Source: a virus
DNA length: 64,000 bases
Strand: one strand, 5' to 3'
Virus record (IMG/VR): IMGVR_UViG_3300045988_098116
Coordinates: 1 to 64,000 of that record
Shown: positions 8,073-16,097 of the stretch, in pieces
Layout of the letters: each line of letters opens with the position of its first letter
Numbering within the stretch: the first letter of the stretch is position 1
Translations under genes and position numbers: made by a program
Notes under the pieces: model-generated
Seen by the model: the letters and a program-made list of their open reading frames with translations, nothing else
What the model was told of the DNA's origin: nothing
Databases searched by the model: none

Positions 8073-9170
8073 TCAATACCTCACTCCGATGTAGTCCAGC
8101 ACCCTTGCATAGCCCAGTCCGTCTTTCGTGGGCTTCCACAGCCCGTCCGTGTCAAACGCCCCGCCGCCGATGCAGAACTGGTAGTGCTTCGGGTGCGTCA
8201 GTTTCATGCGTTCAAAGCGGTTGACGCCTTTTTCGAGGTGCGCCCCAAACCCGCAAAACATACATCCCGTCCTCTGGCATCCCGTGCAGTGCAGATTGCA
8301 GTCGATCAGCGTCGCGCCGTAGTCGTTCTCGCCGTCGCTGGCTACGATGTCTCCGTACACGCTGGCGTAGGGTAGTTGGTGGTCTACTATAAACCGCAGC
8401 ACATCTTGCTCCGTCCAGAAACTCATGGGCTTAGATAAGGGACGCTTTCCTTCAAAGGCGTTGCAGCCGGTTTCGCGCCATTTTTGCATCCGCAAAAGAC
8501 TTTCCTCCGCCATTGTTGCCGTCGTGGGTTTGACAGCCGCTCGGTGCTCATAGCTCTTTGCTGGGGACTTTTTCATAATTCCACAGCATTTGTCTGATAT
8601 GAGAAATGGAGCCGAAAGCAAATACTCCCACTTTTCACAGTTGTACATACTCTTTTCCCCATCAACACGTAAGACTTCACCACGCAATAGCTTCATACTG
8701 CGGCTCTCCGGTGATCGCCGCGCGGTTTCTATCCGGTGCGCCACATCTTTTCCTATGACGCTATACCCGTACTTCGTCACCACCTGCCGAATGTTCATCT
8801 TCGGGCGTAGACGGTGAATGTTTACGATCACGCGGGGAAACTCCCTCCGCAGCCACGCGGCGTACTCATTCACGAACTTCTGAATTTCAGGGTATTCCAA
8901 CCCCGTGTTCACAAACACCAGATTTAGCTCCCAGGGCGGTGTCCTGAAGCTTGACAGGTACCGAGCCGCCAGATACGCCAGCACCGTGCTGTCCTTTCCG
9001 CCGGAGAAACTGACATAGCACTGCCCGCCCCATGCGGTGTACCATTCGTCCAGCTTTTCGTAGGTCAGTATCTCCTTGTCCTGCACGTCCAGCGCCATCA
9101 GCTTCTTTGCCGCCTCATTCGTCAGCGGCTGGTTTATCCGTCCCATGTATCTCGTTCCCACTCCCATCAT
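8073..9170 (-). CDS. phosphoadenosine phosphosulfate (PAPS) reductase family / DndC-like ATP pyrophosphatase with C-terminal Cys cluster
   Basis: PP-loop YVSFSGGKDSTV. C-terminal CNLHCTGCQRTGCMFCGFG looks like Fe-S cluster ligands. Confidence 0.85.
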   Translation of the reverse strand: MMGVGTRYMGRINQPLTNEAAKKLMALDVQDKEILTYEKLDEWYTAWGGQCYVSFSGGKDSTVLAYLAARYLSSFRTPPWELNLVFVNTGLEYPEIQKFVNEYAAWLRREFPRVIVNIHRLRPKMNIRQVVTKYGYSVIGKDVAHRIETARRSPESRSMKLLRGEVLRVDGEKSMYNCEKWEYLLSAPFLISDKCCGIMKKSPAKSYEHRAAVKPTTATMAEESLLRMQKWRETGCNAFEGKRPLSKPMSFWTEQDVLRFIVDHQLPYASVYGDIVASDGENDYGATLIDCNLHCTGCQRTGCMFCGFGAHLEKGVNRFERMKLTHPKHYQFCIGGGAFDTDGLWKPTKDGLGYARVLDYIGVRY

Positions 9171-9484
9171 AGGCAGAACTGTAGATAGTCCTGCAAAGTC
9201 TTTTTCGCACGGTTCACGCTCCGGCTGACCGTGCTCTTATTTACGTCGTGCACCGCTGCGATCTCCGTCACGCTCATACCGCCATCGTACATCTCGCTCA
9301 GGTACATCCACTGATCGTCTGTCAATTTCAGCGCCGCTTTCGGGAAGTGCCGCCGCAGCCGAAGCAGGGCGCCGAGGTTCGCGTCCCTGTTCAGCAGCAT
9401 TTCATCCACCCTGCCGCCCAGCACTTCGTCCAGCAGGACGTCCGTCGCCACATCTCCCATCCTCCGCATAGTCACCGAAATCAC
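9167..9484 (-). CDS. sigma-70 region-4-like HTH DNA-binding protein
   Basis: GMSVTEIAAVHDVNKSTVSRSVNRAKKTLQDYL. The track start is GTG; the ATG at 9469 (MRRMGDV) is an alternative start. Confidence 0.6.
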   Translation of the reverse strand: MISVTMRRMGDVATDVLLDEVLGGRVDEMLLNRDANLGALLRLRRHFPKAALKLTDDQWMYLSEMYDGGMSVTEIAAVHDVNKSTVSRSVNRAKKTLQDYLQFCL

Positions 9485-9490
9485 CTTCCC

Positions 9491-10042
9491 TTATACCTCG
9501 TCACCCCAGCAGTCCCAGCCGTCCACCTGTTGGCGGGCAAACAGTTCGATGCGGGGTATATCTCCCATCAGTTCTACGATCCGGTCTCTCACCTCATCCG
9601 GCTTCCTGCTGTGCTCCCGCACGTGGCTCAGCACCACACTGTGTACGCCCTTACTCACACGCTTCGGCTTGCCCCTTGTCGCCAGCAGGCACAGCTCCGC
9701 GTTGGCTCGGGTCCAGAAACCCAGACCCCAAAACAGCCCGTCCGACTTCCTGTTCTGCTTTACCCATGTAAACGCGCAGGTCTTGTAGGTAAAACCCCAC
9801 TTACGGATCGGCTCCAAGCCTTCCTCCAAACAAGGCATAGTCACCCACAGAAACAGTACGCAGTCCTCCGCCGCTATGCCCTGCACCGGCAGCGCCTGTA
9901 TGTCCTCTTTCCTCATGCAGGCATAGTGGCTTTGCGCTGACTTTTTCTCTGTGCCTTTGGGGCTGTACGTTTTGAACGTCCACGGAGGATCCGCGTAGAT
10001 CACGTCGTACTTCTTATCAGTATCCAAAATGTCTACTACCAT
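9491..10042 (-). CDS. MT-A70 family N6-adenine DNA methyltransferase
   Basis: VIYADPPWTF, WVTMP, HSRKPDE. ATG at 10042 with GAGGGAG RBS; the track start at 10048 is TTG. Confidence 0.9.
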   Translation of the reverse strand: MVVDILDTDKKYDVIYADPPWTFKTYSPKGTEKKSAQSHYACMRKEDIQALPVQGIAAEDCVLFLWVTMPCLEEGLEPIRKWGFTYKTCAFTWVKQNRKSDGLFWGLGFWTRANAELCLLATRGKPKRVSKGVHSVVLSHVREHSRKPDEVRDRIVELMGDIPRIELFARQQVDGWDCWGDEV

Positions 10043-10064
10043 ATCCAAAACACTCCCTCAATAT

Positions 10065-10083
10065 AACTTGCCGGCCACTTGCT
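10065..10083. repeat. ACTTGC-N5-ACTTGC paired direct half-sites (copy 1)
   Basis: AACTTGCCGGCCACTTGCT. Half-sites are 11 nt apart. A near-identical copy lies at 10325-10343. Confidence 0.5.
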
Positions 10084-10103
10084 CCCGGCCCTTTGGCAAC
10101 CGA

Positions 10104-10127
10104 TAGTCTAATCGCCGTGTCAAGGGA
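10104..10127 (-). promoter_or_regulatory. TCCCTTGACACGG box followed by TAGACTA (minus sense), upstream of the MT-A70 gene
   Basis: Minus sense reads TCCCTTGACACGGCGATTAGACTA. The exact 13-mer is shared with 14318, 22581 and 23939. Confidence 0.55.
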
Positions 10128-10150
10128 AGCAGAAAAACTTTTTCACCCCC

Positions 10151-10168
10151 ATATAACATCCGTGTCAA
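10151..10168 (-). promoter_or_regulatory. Partial box copy (TTGACACGG followed by TATATG)
   Basis: Minus sense reads TTGACACGGATGTTATATG, about 40 nt upstream of the full box. Confidence 0.4.
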
Positions 10169-10324
10169 CACCATGCCGCCACCATCGCACCACCGCCGCA
10201 CAAAGGCCGTACCTTCCCCTCACATATATGGCGCTTGCGCCCGCCGAAATTTTTATTTTTCGCCCTCCTCCTTTTGACCGTTTCGTTTTTTCGGCCCGGT
10301 TTCAAAACCACCCCCCCTACCCCT

Positions 10325-10343
10325 AACTTGCCGGTAACTTGCT
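10325..10343. repeat. ACTTGC-N5-ACTTGC paired direct half-sites (copy 2)
   Basis: AACTTGCCGGTAACTTGCT; 17 of 19 nt identical to 10065-10083. Confidence 0.5.
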
Positions 10344-10460
10344 TGAGAAACGCGGATTGGTGTGCCGGAGTGGAGAACATGGGAGCGGGGAGGAGAGTTG
10401 CGTAGCAGGGAGAAAAGGCTTTGCCCTTCCGGTTTGTAAACCTCCCCCGGGTTGCCGTCC

Positions 10461-10503
10461 TGGTGGTGGTCAGGTGGTGCCGGTGGTGGTCAGCGGGTGC
10501 CGG
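10461..10503. repeat. Tandem direct repeat TGGTGGTGGTCAGGTGGTGCCGG / TGGTGGTCAGCGGGTGCCGG
   Basis: Two adjacent units read directly from the sequence. Confidence 0.7.
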
Positions 10504-11235
10504 GACCGTCCATTTCCGCCGGATTTTGCAGGAAAACCGCCCGCCGCTGGGGTGCTTTCCTTTCCATATTGTCCTAATATGTAAAGGAATGTTGCGATTT
10601 TTGCAAGTTCTCTTTCATTTCGTCCGCTTTCGGCTTCTGATTTGACGATTTCCGCCGGTTTTGGCTGTTTTATCGGTGGTGGCTGCCGTCTGCCGAATGG
10701 TCAGGGCATGGAGCCGGGGCACCCGCCGCCGCTGCCGGTCCCCGTCGGTCAGCTGTTCAGCCCGGAACATAGGCCGCCGGGCGACTCTCCTTCCCTCCCC
10801 TCGCCGCCGCTCTTTTCTTCCGGTCAGTGCTTCCCGCTGGTGGTCTCCGTCCTTCTCCGTTGTTCTCCTGCTTCGGGTCTCCCGCTGGGGTTTTTGGTGC
10901 TCGTTTCTGCTCCGCTGGGTATGGTTGTATACGGGGGTATATTCTTCTTTATTCAACCGCGCCCGGAATTAACGCGCGCGCACGCGTGAGGGGGTGCCGC
11001 TGCTCTTTCCCGTTTCTTTGCCCTCTGTGTGGCTGCTGACGGCGTTTTTCTCTGGGGGTCGGTGTGGGGACATTCCTTCAACGCCCGGAAAGCGTGGCGG
11101 GGCGTTTCTGTTCGATTTCTATATTTCCTGTGGCATTGTCAAAAATCCGCACGGGCATAAAATTAGCACCGCCGGGGCGGTTTTGGTTCCGTCCTGGCGG
11201 TGCTGGTTTGGGCTTATTCGGTTGTCTGTTCTGGG

Positions 11236-11511
11236 TCAGGCGGTGACGATCTCGGCGGGGCTGGGGCTGCCGTGGAAGTCTCCGGCCCACGCTTGATATA
11301 TTGCGCCGTGTTCCCCTACTGCCGTTACCCATCCGCGCACGGTGGCGGCCAGGCGGCACGGGACGCGGGGCCAGCGGCGGCCCACGTCAAGCCAGATTTG
11401 CAGGCCGTCCGCTGCTGCGGCTCTGATCTCCGCGGCGGTGTATAGCTGCGCTTTGCCCTCTGGGGCGATGTTGTACAGGGTTCCCGGGCTGGTGGTGTTG
11501 TTGGTCGTCAT
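11236..11511 (-). CDS. hypothetical protein
   Basis: Start at MTTNNTTSPG with GGAAGGAGA RBS. The track N-terminal extension is low-complexity. Confidence 0.55.
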   Translation of the reverse strand: MTTNNTTSPGTLYNIAPEGKAQLYTAAEIRAAAADGLQIWLDVGRRWPRVPCRLAATVRGWVTAVGEHGAIYQAWAGDFHGSPSPAEIVTA

Positions 11512-11554
11512 GGTGCCTTGTCTCCTTCCTGCGCCCTGCTGGGCGCGTCCGTGG

Positions 11555-12157
11555 TTAGTCTTGGGCGTTGTCCTGCTGCGCGTGGTAGCGGTCCCGCATG
11601 GCATACAGGCGGCGGGAAATGGTGGACCGGTCAACCATCAGCGCGGCGGCTATCTCTGCCGTAGTGTACCCGCGGGCGGTCATTGTCAGCGCTACGCGGT
11701 CCACCTGATCCCGGGCGACGCTCTCCACGCTCTCCCGCAGGATCGCGGCGGCCTCCGGGCTGGGTGCTATCGCGTCGCAGTCCGTCCCGGCCTCGGTGTC
11801 GATCTGCCAGCGCTCGGCGCCGTCGTCGTCAATGGTGGCGGATATGGCGCGGGCGTGTCTCTGCTCGGCCCTGCTTATGCTGTGCGCGGCCTGGGCTGCT
11901 GCCCGGTACAGGATCACCGCCAGCGGCGCGGGCGCGTCCTGGGCCTCGTTACGATCCAGCGCGGCGCCCATCCGAGTCCAGGCGTCAGCGGCTACGGTCT
12001 GCGCGTCGTCCTCGGTCTCGATCCACGCGGCGCCGGTCTGGTTGCGGGCTTCGGCCTTCCGCCGCACGGTCCAGGCCATCGCCACAAGCGCGTTATACTG
12101 TTGTTCCCCGCTCATGCTCTCCCACTCGGCGCGGGCGGTCTTGGTGTTCTCGTTCAT
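11555..12157 (-). CDS. sigma-70 family (ECF-like) sigma factor-like protein
   Basis: Region-2-like EDDAQTVAADAWTRM and region-4-like RVALTMTARGYTTAEIAAALMVDRSTISRRLYAMRDRY. Start at MNENTK with AGGAGGG RBS. Confidence 0.6.
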   Translation of the reverse strand: MNENTKTARAEWESMSGEQQYNALVAMAWTVRRKAEARNQTGAAWIETEDDAQTVAADAWTRMGAALDRNEAQDAPAPLAVILYRAAAQAAHSISRAEQRHARAISATIDDDGAERWQIDTEAGTDCDAIAPSPEAAAILRESVESVARDQVDRVALTMTARGYTTAEIAAALMVDRSTISRRLYAMRDRYHAQQDNAQD

Positions 12158-12173
12158 TGTCTGTTGCCCTCCT

Positions 12174-12941
12174 TTAGTAGTTTTCGGCGTTCTTCTGTTG
12201 CCGGTAGTATTCGCGGCGTGCTGCGTCGTAAGCGCTCCGCTGGGTGGCGTTAAAGCCGCAGGCGGCGAAAAGCTCGGCGCGGTCGGTGTAGTCCTCCACG
12301 TTGGAGCAGTTGCCAAAACATGAAATTACGTCATAGTCCGCTTGCCAGTTGATCCCGTATTCGTGATTATACATTTCCGACAGAAACGCGCTTTTCCAGT
12401 ATTCCGCGTTTTCTTTGTTGCACTGTTCGGCCTCGTCAAGCCCTCGCAGCAGCTCCGCGCCGCGTTTCACAAAGTCGGCGTTTTCCGGGGCATAGTACGC
12501 CATGAAAACCGGGGAAAAAACCATCTTTTCCGTTTTCTTCTCGATCTCCGCCCGCTCCGCGTCGCTGCCGATGAAAAACGCGGAAATATACGGGCGGCGC
12601 ATGGCGTAGTAGTTGCGGATGTAGTAGGATTTGGCGGTGTAATCGTCGTAGCTGTTCACGGTCTGCAACTCCTCATCCGTGAAAAGTTTTCCGGAAAGCT
12701 CCCGGCGGTAAAGCTCGCGCAGCTCGTCCCGGCTCTTGCCTTTGTGGTGTAGTTCGTAGTCGTTCGCGTATTTAATGTGCTGGCCGTCGGCGGTGACGCA
12801 GGCGGAAAAACCGAAATAACCGCCGAAGTCGATATAATAGACCGTGTGCCCCTTGATCGTCTCCACTTCATCCGCGAAGCTGGCCAGATCCGCCGCGCTC
12901 ATGCTCTCGATGTCCTTGATAGTGTAGTTTTTGAGCTCCAT
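12174..12941 (-). CDS. hypothetical protein
   Basis: 255-aa ORF. AAGGAGG RBS. Y/E/F-rich, protein-like composition. Confidence 0.7.
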   Translation of the reverse strand: MELKNYTIKDIESMSAADLASFADEVETIKGHTVYYIDFGGYFGFSACVTADGQHIKYANDYELHHKGKSRDELRELYRRELSGKLFTDEELQTVNSYDDYTAKSYYIRNYYAMRRPYISAFFIGSDAERAEIEKKTEKMVFSPVFMAYYAPENADFVKRGAELLRGLDEAEQCNKENAEYWKSAFLSEMYNHEYGINWQADYDVISCFGNCSNVEDYTDRAELFAACGFNATQRSAYDAARREYYRQQKNAENY

Positions 12942-13008
12942 TTTTTTAGTCCTCCTTGTAAATAATAGTTATGGGGCGGGGCTGATACGCTCAACCCCTC
13001 CGGAAGCG

Positions 13009-13410
13009 TCAGGCGCTGCGCCGCTGCTTGGCCTCCATCAGGTCGAAAAGCTGGGCCTTCAGCCGGTTTACTTCGGTTTCAAGTGCTTTTCGCTTCGCCC
13101 TCTCCGCCTCCAACTGCTGGCGGCAATCGTCCCGGACGGCCTCCGCCGCGCTCCTGCCCTTGCTGTTGGCCTTGTTCAGCTTCCGCGCCTTGTCAAGAGC
13201 GGATCGCGCTTTGTCGCGCTGGGCTTCGGCCTCCTGGCGGCGCTGGCGCTCCTTCTCGCAGTCGGCGGCGTTTCGCATCATCGCGCCACAGTTCAAATAG
13301 CCGGTGCGGAAATTCGCGTCATGGATAAACCAGTTTCTAATTGTAGTCCGCGCCACTTCGTCATCGATCTTCTCGATCTCTAACAGGGCCTCAAGTTCTA
13401 CCTTTGTCAT
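13009..13410 (-). CDS. coiled-coil hypothetical protein (first gene of the leftward operon)
   Basis: ATG at 13410 with GGAGGT RBS (the track start at 13425 is TTG). The C-terminal half is heptad-like and R/E/K/A-rich. Confidence 0.65.
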   Translation of the reverse strand: MTKVELEALLEIEKIDDEVARTTIRNWFIHDANFRTGYLNCGAMMRNAADCEKERQRRQEAEAQRDKARSALDKARKLNKANSKGRSAAEAVRDDCRQQLEAERAKRKALETEVNRLKAQLFDLMEAKQRRSA

Positions 13411-13461
13411 CGTCTGTACCTCCAAAAAATTTTTTTGCTTTGCCTTTGCTTTACATATAGA

Positions 13462-13490
13462 ATTATAATACTAAAACATGATAATATCAA
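13462..13490 (-). promoter_or_regulatory. Leftward sigma-A-type promoter
   Basis: Minus sense TTGATA-N17-TATAAT, about 50 nt upstream of the 13410 start. Confidence 0.6.
13479..13489. promoter_or_regulatory. Operator-like 11-bp palindrome TGATAATATCA
   Basis: Perfect palindrome overlapping the -35 of the leftward promoter. Confidence 0.5.
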
Positions 13491-13512
13491 TATGTAATAT
13501 TATACAAGAAAA

Positions 13513-13523
13513 TGACAATATCA
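13513..13523. promoter_or_regulatory. Operator-like site TGACAATATCA
   Basis: 10 of 11 match to the palindrome at 13479, 34 bp away, just upstream of the rightward -35. Confidence 0.45.
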
Positions 13524-13532
13524 TTGTAAAAA

Positions 13533-13561
13533 TTGACAAAATCAAAAAATCGTGTTATCAT
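13533..13561 (+). promoter_or_regulatory. Rightward sigma-A-type promoter
   Basis: TTGACA-N17-TATCAT. Confidence 0.65.
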
Positions 13562-13591
13562 GTGCACAATTTCAGCCCGTGCCGGTAGACT
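13562..13591 (+). promoter_or_regulatory. Second promoter-like element GTGCAC-N18-TAGACT
   Basis: About 35 nt align with 27040-27071 and share TGCCGGTAGACTATA. Confidence 0.35.
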
Positions 13592-13625
13592 ATATAGCGA
13601 CACGGGCACAAAAAGAGGTGATACA

Positions 13626-13871
13626 ATGGATGCAAGCCGCGCAACCCGTCATTTGCTTGTAGATTCCGGCATCCGTGAAGCCGAACTTGCAAGACGTATC
13701 GGCATAGCCCCGCAAAACCTAAACACCCGGTTAAAATCTCCGCAAAACTGGCGCGTTGATGACCTGGGCAAAATTGCGGCCGCCTGCGGTGCCCGCTTTG
13801 TCTGCGGGTACGAGACCAGCGCCGGGGATTTTATCGAGATTACGCCGACCGCCGACGCCCCCACCACCTGA
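13626..13871 (+). CDS. XRE-family HTH transcriptional regulator (Cro/CI-like)
   Basis: REAELARRIGIAPQNLNTRLKSPQNWRVDDLGKIAAACG. AGAGGTGA RBS. The internal ATG is preferred over the track start at 13533. Confidence 0.75.
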   Translation: MDASRATRHLLVDSGIREAELARRIGIAPQNLNTRLKSPQNWRVDDLGKIAAACGARFVCGYETSAGDFIEITPTADAPTT

Positions 13872-13908
13872 ACAGCAGCCCCGGAAAAATGCGGGGCAAA
13901 ACACGAAC

Positions 13909-13942
13909 AGCGCCCCCGGAGATTTTCCGGGAGCGCTTTTTT
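13909..13942 (+). terminator. Rho-independent terminator
   Basis: AGCGCCCCCGGA-loop-TCCGGGAGCGCT followed by TTTTTT. Confidence 0.65.
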
Positions 13943-13974
13943 CATGCCCGAAACCGGGCGGAAAGGAAAACACC

Positions 13975-14151
13975 ATGCAAGGCAAAAGAATCAAGCAGTT
14001 CATCAAGTGCGGTCACACGATTAAGGACGAGTTCTTCGAGGGGGTGAGTGGCCCCCTCTGTAAGGAGTGTTTGAAAGATCTGATGGTCTATAACACGCTG
14101 AAATCCATGGGCTTTGTCAAGGAAATGAAGAAGGAGGCCGCCGCCCTATGA
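13975..14151 (+). CDS. small hypothetical protein (58 aa)
   Basis: ATG preceded by GGAAAGGAAAA. In frame with track ORF 13756-14151. Confidence 0.5.
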   Translation: MQGKRIKQFIKCGHTIKDEFFEGVSGPLCKECLKDLMVYNTLKSMGFVKEMKKEAAAL

Positions 14152-14249
14152 CCGTCTTTTCCTACATCGTCACCGCCACCGGCGCCGCCACCCTGGCGGC
14201 GCTTTTTGTTCGCCTGCTGGACCGAATCGACCAGCCCCGCAAACGCTGA
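14148..14249 (+). CDS. small hydrophobic peptide (33 aa, MTVFSYIVTATGAATLAALFVRLL...)
   Basis: Hand-translated. AAGGAGG 11 nt upstream. ATGA overlap with the previous gene. Confidence 0.4.
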   Translation: MTVFSYIVTATGAATLAALFVRLLDRIDQPRKR

Positions 14250-14317
14250 ACAGCCGCCGCGCCGCCTCTGGGGAGTTGGGCGCACCAGCTCCACCCCATC
14301 GAAAAAAGTAAATTCGT

Positions 14318-14341
14318 TCCCTTGACACGGGGAACAGACTA
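14318..14341 (+). promoter_or_regulatory. TCCCTTGACACGG box followed by AGACTA
   Basis: Exact 13-mer, about 20 nt upstream of the RBS of the 14362 gene. Confidence 0.55.
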
Positions 14342-14361
14342 CACAACAGGAGGAACACAAA

Positions 14362-15642
14362 ATGAACACCAACAAAACCGAATCCATCCGCTTTTTCTGG
14401 AACGGAATCAAGGTAAACGGCGGAAAACTGATCCGCTGTTTCTACTTCACCGACAGCAAAAGCGACAGCGTGACCATCAGCGCCCGCGATTATGACCACC
14501 TCCCCCGCGACCTGTTCACCGTCAAGAACGAAACCGACCTTTACACCGACTATTTCGACAGCGACAGCGCCACCTTGACCCCGGCGCACCCCCTCTATAA
14601 GTACGCCCGCGCCGCCGCGCTCAAATCTGCCATGCGCGGCGAGCCTGAGTATATCGCCAAGCTGGAACAGGACGCCCGGGACGCCCAGCAGCCGGGCCGC
14701 TACCACTGGCGCAAGCCGGAGGACATCCGCGCCGAAATCGACCGGCGGCAGGCACAGCTTGACCGCAACGCCGCCGAGCTGGCCACCCTGCCCAAAGGCC
14801 ACCCCACCGCCGCCGACGTGGAAGCCGTCCACGAGATGAACACCGCCGCCGAGTCGGCGCGGCTGGCGCGTGAACACGCCGAACAGCTGGAACGCCGGGA
14901 AAAGGCCATCCGCACCCGCAACGAAAACCGCGCTTTCATCGAACAGACCGCCGCCGCACACCCCATCAAGGACGGCGCCCCGGTCGTCACCGTGGAATGG
15001 AGCGAAAACGGTGCTTTTGATGATGGTATGAAATTCTCCGTCGCCGCTGCCGAGATCATTTTCAAGACGCTGGACGAGCAAAACTATAACGACCAGGAAC
15101 GCGGCTATGACAAAACCAGCTTTTCCATCACCTACACCAACGCCGACGGCGAGCAGGACACATATAAAGGCCGCTATGACCTGGGCGACAACGAGGGCGG
15201 ACTCATCGCCCACATTCGCAGCTTTGGCGCGTTCCTGCGCGACAAGGGCAACTTTGGCAGCGGCAAGCCTACCGACGAGGACAAGGAGACCGGCGCGGCC
15301 ATCGTCACCGTAGCCGACCTGCTGGAGCAGTACACCGAGGGCGGGCGCGTGGTCTCCGTCATGCCCGCGCCCTGGCTGGAAGAATACAAGCGCCGCAAGG
15401 CTGAACAGGCACAGCAGGAGCAGGAACAGGCCCGCCAAGACTTCGCCGACATTCTGGAATCGGTGCAAATGCTGACGGATGAACAGCTTGAACGCGCCGT
15501 TTTTGCCATCAGCCCCACCGATAAAGAGAAAATCGACGTGGCTCGTTTTTTCTTGCAGGAACTCAGCCGCCGCGACGAAGCAAACGCGCTTGCGGTGTTC
15601 CGCCGCTGGAAGCGCGGCGAGTCTCCCGAACAGCCAGACTAA
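14362..15642 (+). CDS. hypothetical protein (426 aa), acidic and coiled-coil-rich
   Basis: CAGGAGGAA RBS and protein-like composition. The longer opposite-strand ORF 14170-15684 is a GC shadow. Confidence 0.75.
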   Translation: MNTNKTESIRFFWNGIKVNGGKLIRCFYFTDSKSDSVTISARDYDHLPRDLFTVKNETDLYTDYFDSDSATLTPAHPLYKYARAAALKSAMRGEPEYIAKLEQDARDAQQPGRYHWRKPEDIRAEIDRRQAQLDRNAAELATLPKGHPTAADVEAVHEMNTAAESARLAREHAEQLERREKAIRTRNENRAFIEQTAAAHPIKDGAPVVTVEWSENGAFDDGMKFSVAAAEIIFKTLDEQNYNDQERGYDKTSFSITYTNADGEQDTYKGRYDLGDNEGGLIAHIRSFGAFLRDKGNFGSGKPTDEDKETGAAIVTVADLLEQYTEGGRVVSVMPAPWLEEYKRRKAEQAQQEQEQARQDFADILESVQMLTDEQLERAVFAISPTDKEKIDVARFFLQELSRRDEANALAVFRRWKRGESPEQPD

Positions 15643-15707
15643 ACCAAACCGGGGCGGCATCCGCCGCCCCACGCACAAAACCAAATCACAAAACGGAGGT
15701 GCACACC

Positions 15708-16073
15708 ATGAAAACAGCTGGATACTGGTCTTGCAGAAATGAGATCATCAACGCGCATCTTTCTATCCCGCACAAATACGAACCGTTCACGGAGATTTTC
15801 GACGTGGAGCAGCTCGCCGCCATCCGTGACAAATACGGCGTTGACCTTTACCGCGAGTGCTACGCCGATGCAACGCACGAGGTCATGGAGGCCGCCAACG
15901 TCACAACCCATCTTCGCGCCCTTGGCGTAGAATGTAAGCCGATTTTTACCCCGGACGACTGCCATGTGAACTATATCGCCGTGTTTTCCCTTGGCAACAC
16001 GGCCGCCCAGCGTATCAACGAGATCGCCCGCAAGGCTAATCTTTGCGTCCTGTTTCAGTGCCCAACCCATTGA
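15708..16073 (+). CDS. hypothetical protein
   Basis: ATG at 15708, 7 nt after GGAGGT. The track start at 15699 is a GTG inside the RBS. Confidence 0.65.
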   Translation: MKTAGYWSCRNEIINAHLSIPHKYEPFTEIFDVEQLAAIRDKYGVDLYRECYADATHEVMEAANVTTHLRALGVECKPIFTPDDCHVNYIAVFSLGNTAAQRINEIARKANLCVLFQCPTH

Positions 16074-16097
16074 CCCCGCAAATCAGGAGGTAAAACC

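Larger units (their letters stand above)
10131..11235. other. ORF-free, repeat-rich 1.1-kb region (candidate origin, partition site or long ncRNA)
   Basis: No RBS-led ORF. Same-orientation GGTCAG copies at 10468, 10488, 10699, 10747 and 10822, a tandem 20-23-nt repeat, and a plus strand that is visibly A-poor around 10740-10920. Confidence 0.55.

Noticed and set aside
10461-10503. Tandem repeats considered as a mini-CRISPR array.
   Set aside because: There are only two directly adjacent units with no spacers and no cas genes. It fits an iteron-type repeat instead.
10615-10956. 113-aa highly basic ORF (minus strand) and overlapping plus-strand ORFs inside the ORF-free island.
   Set aside because: It has a TTG start, no Shine-Dalgarno sequence, and extreme R/E/K/Q/T low complexity consistent with translating a purine-rich non-coding strand. 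I treated the region as non-coding.
14170-15684. Very long opposite-strand ORFs: 14170-15684 (504 aa), 17096-18817 (573 aa), 25804-26754, 29838-31223, 41737-43320, 55111-56475, 61141-62604 and others.
   Set aside because: Their composition is Gly/Ala/Val/Arg/His-rich and low-complexity, and they lack an RBS. Each lies antisense to an ORF with clear motifs (methyltransferase, NifS, endolysin, tape measure, capsid, terminase). They are typical GC-rich shadow ORFs.
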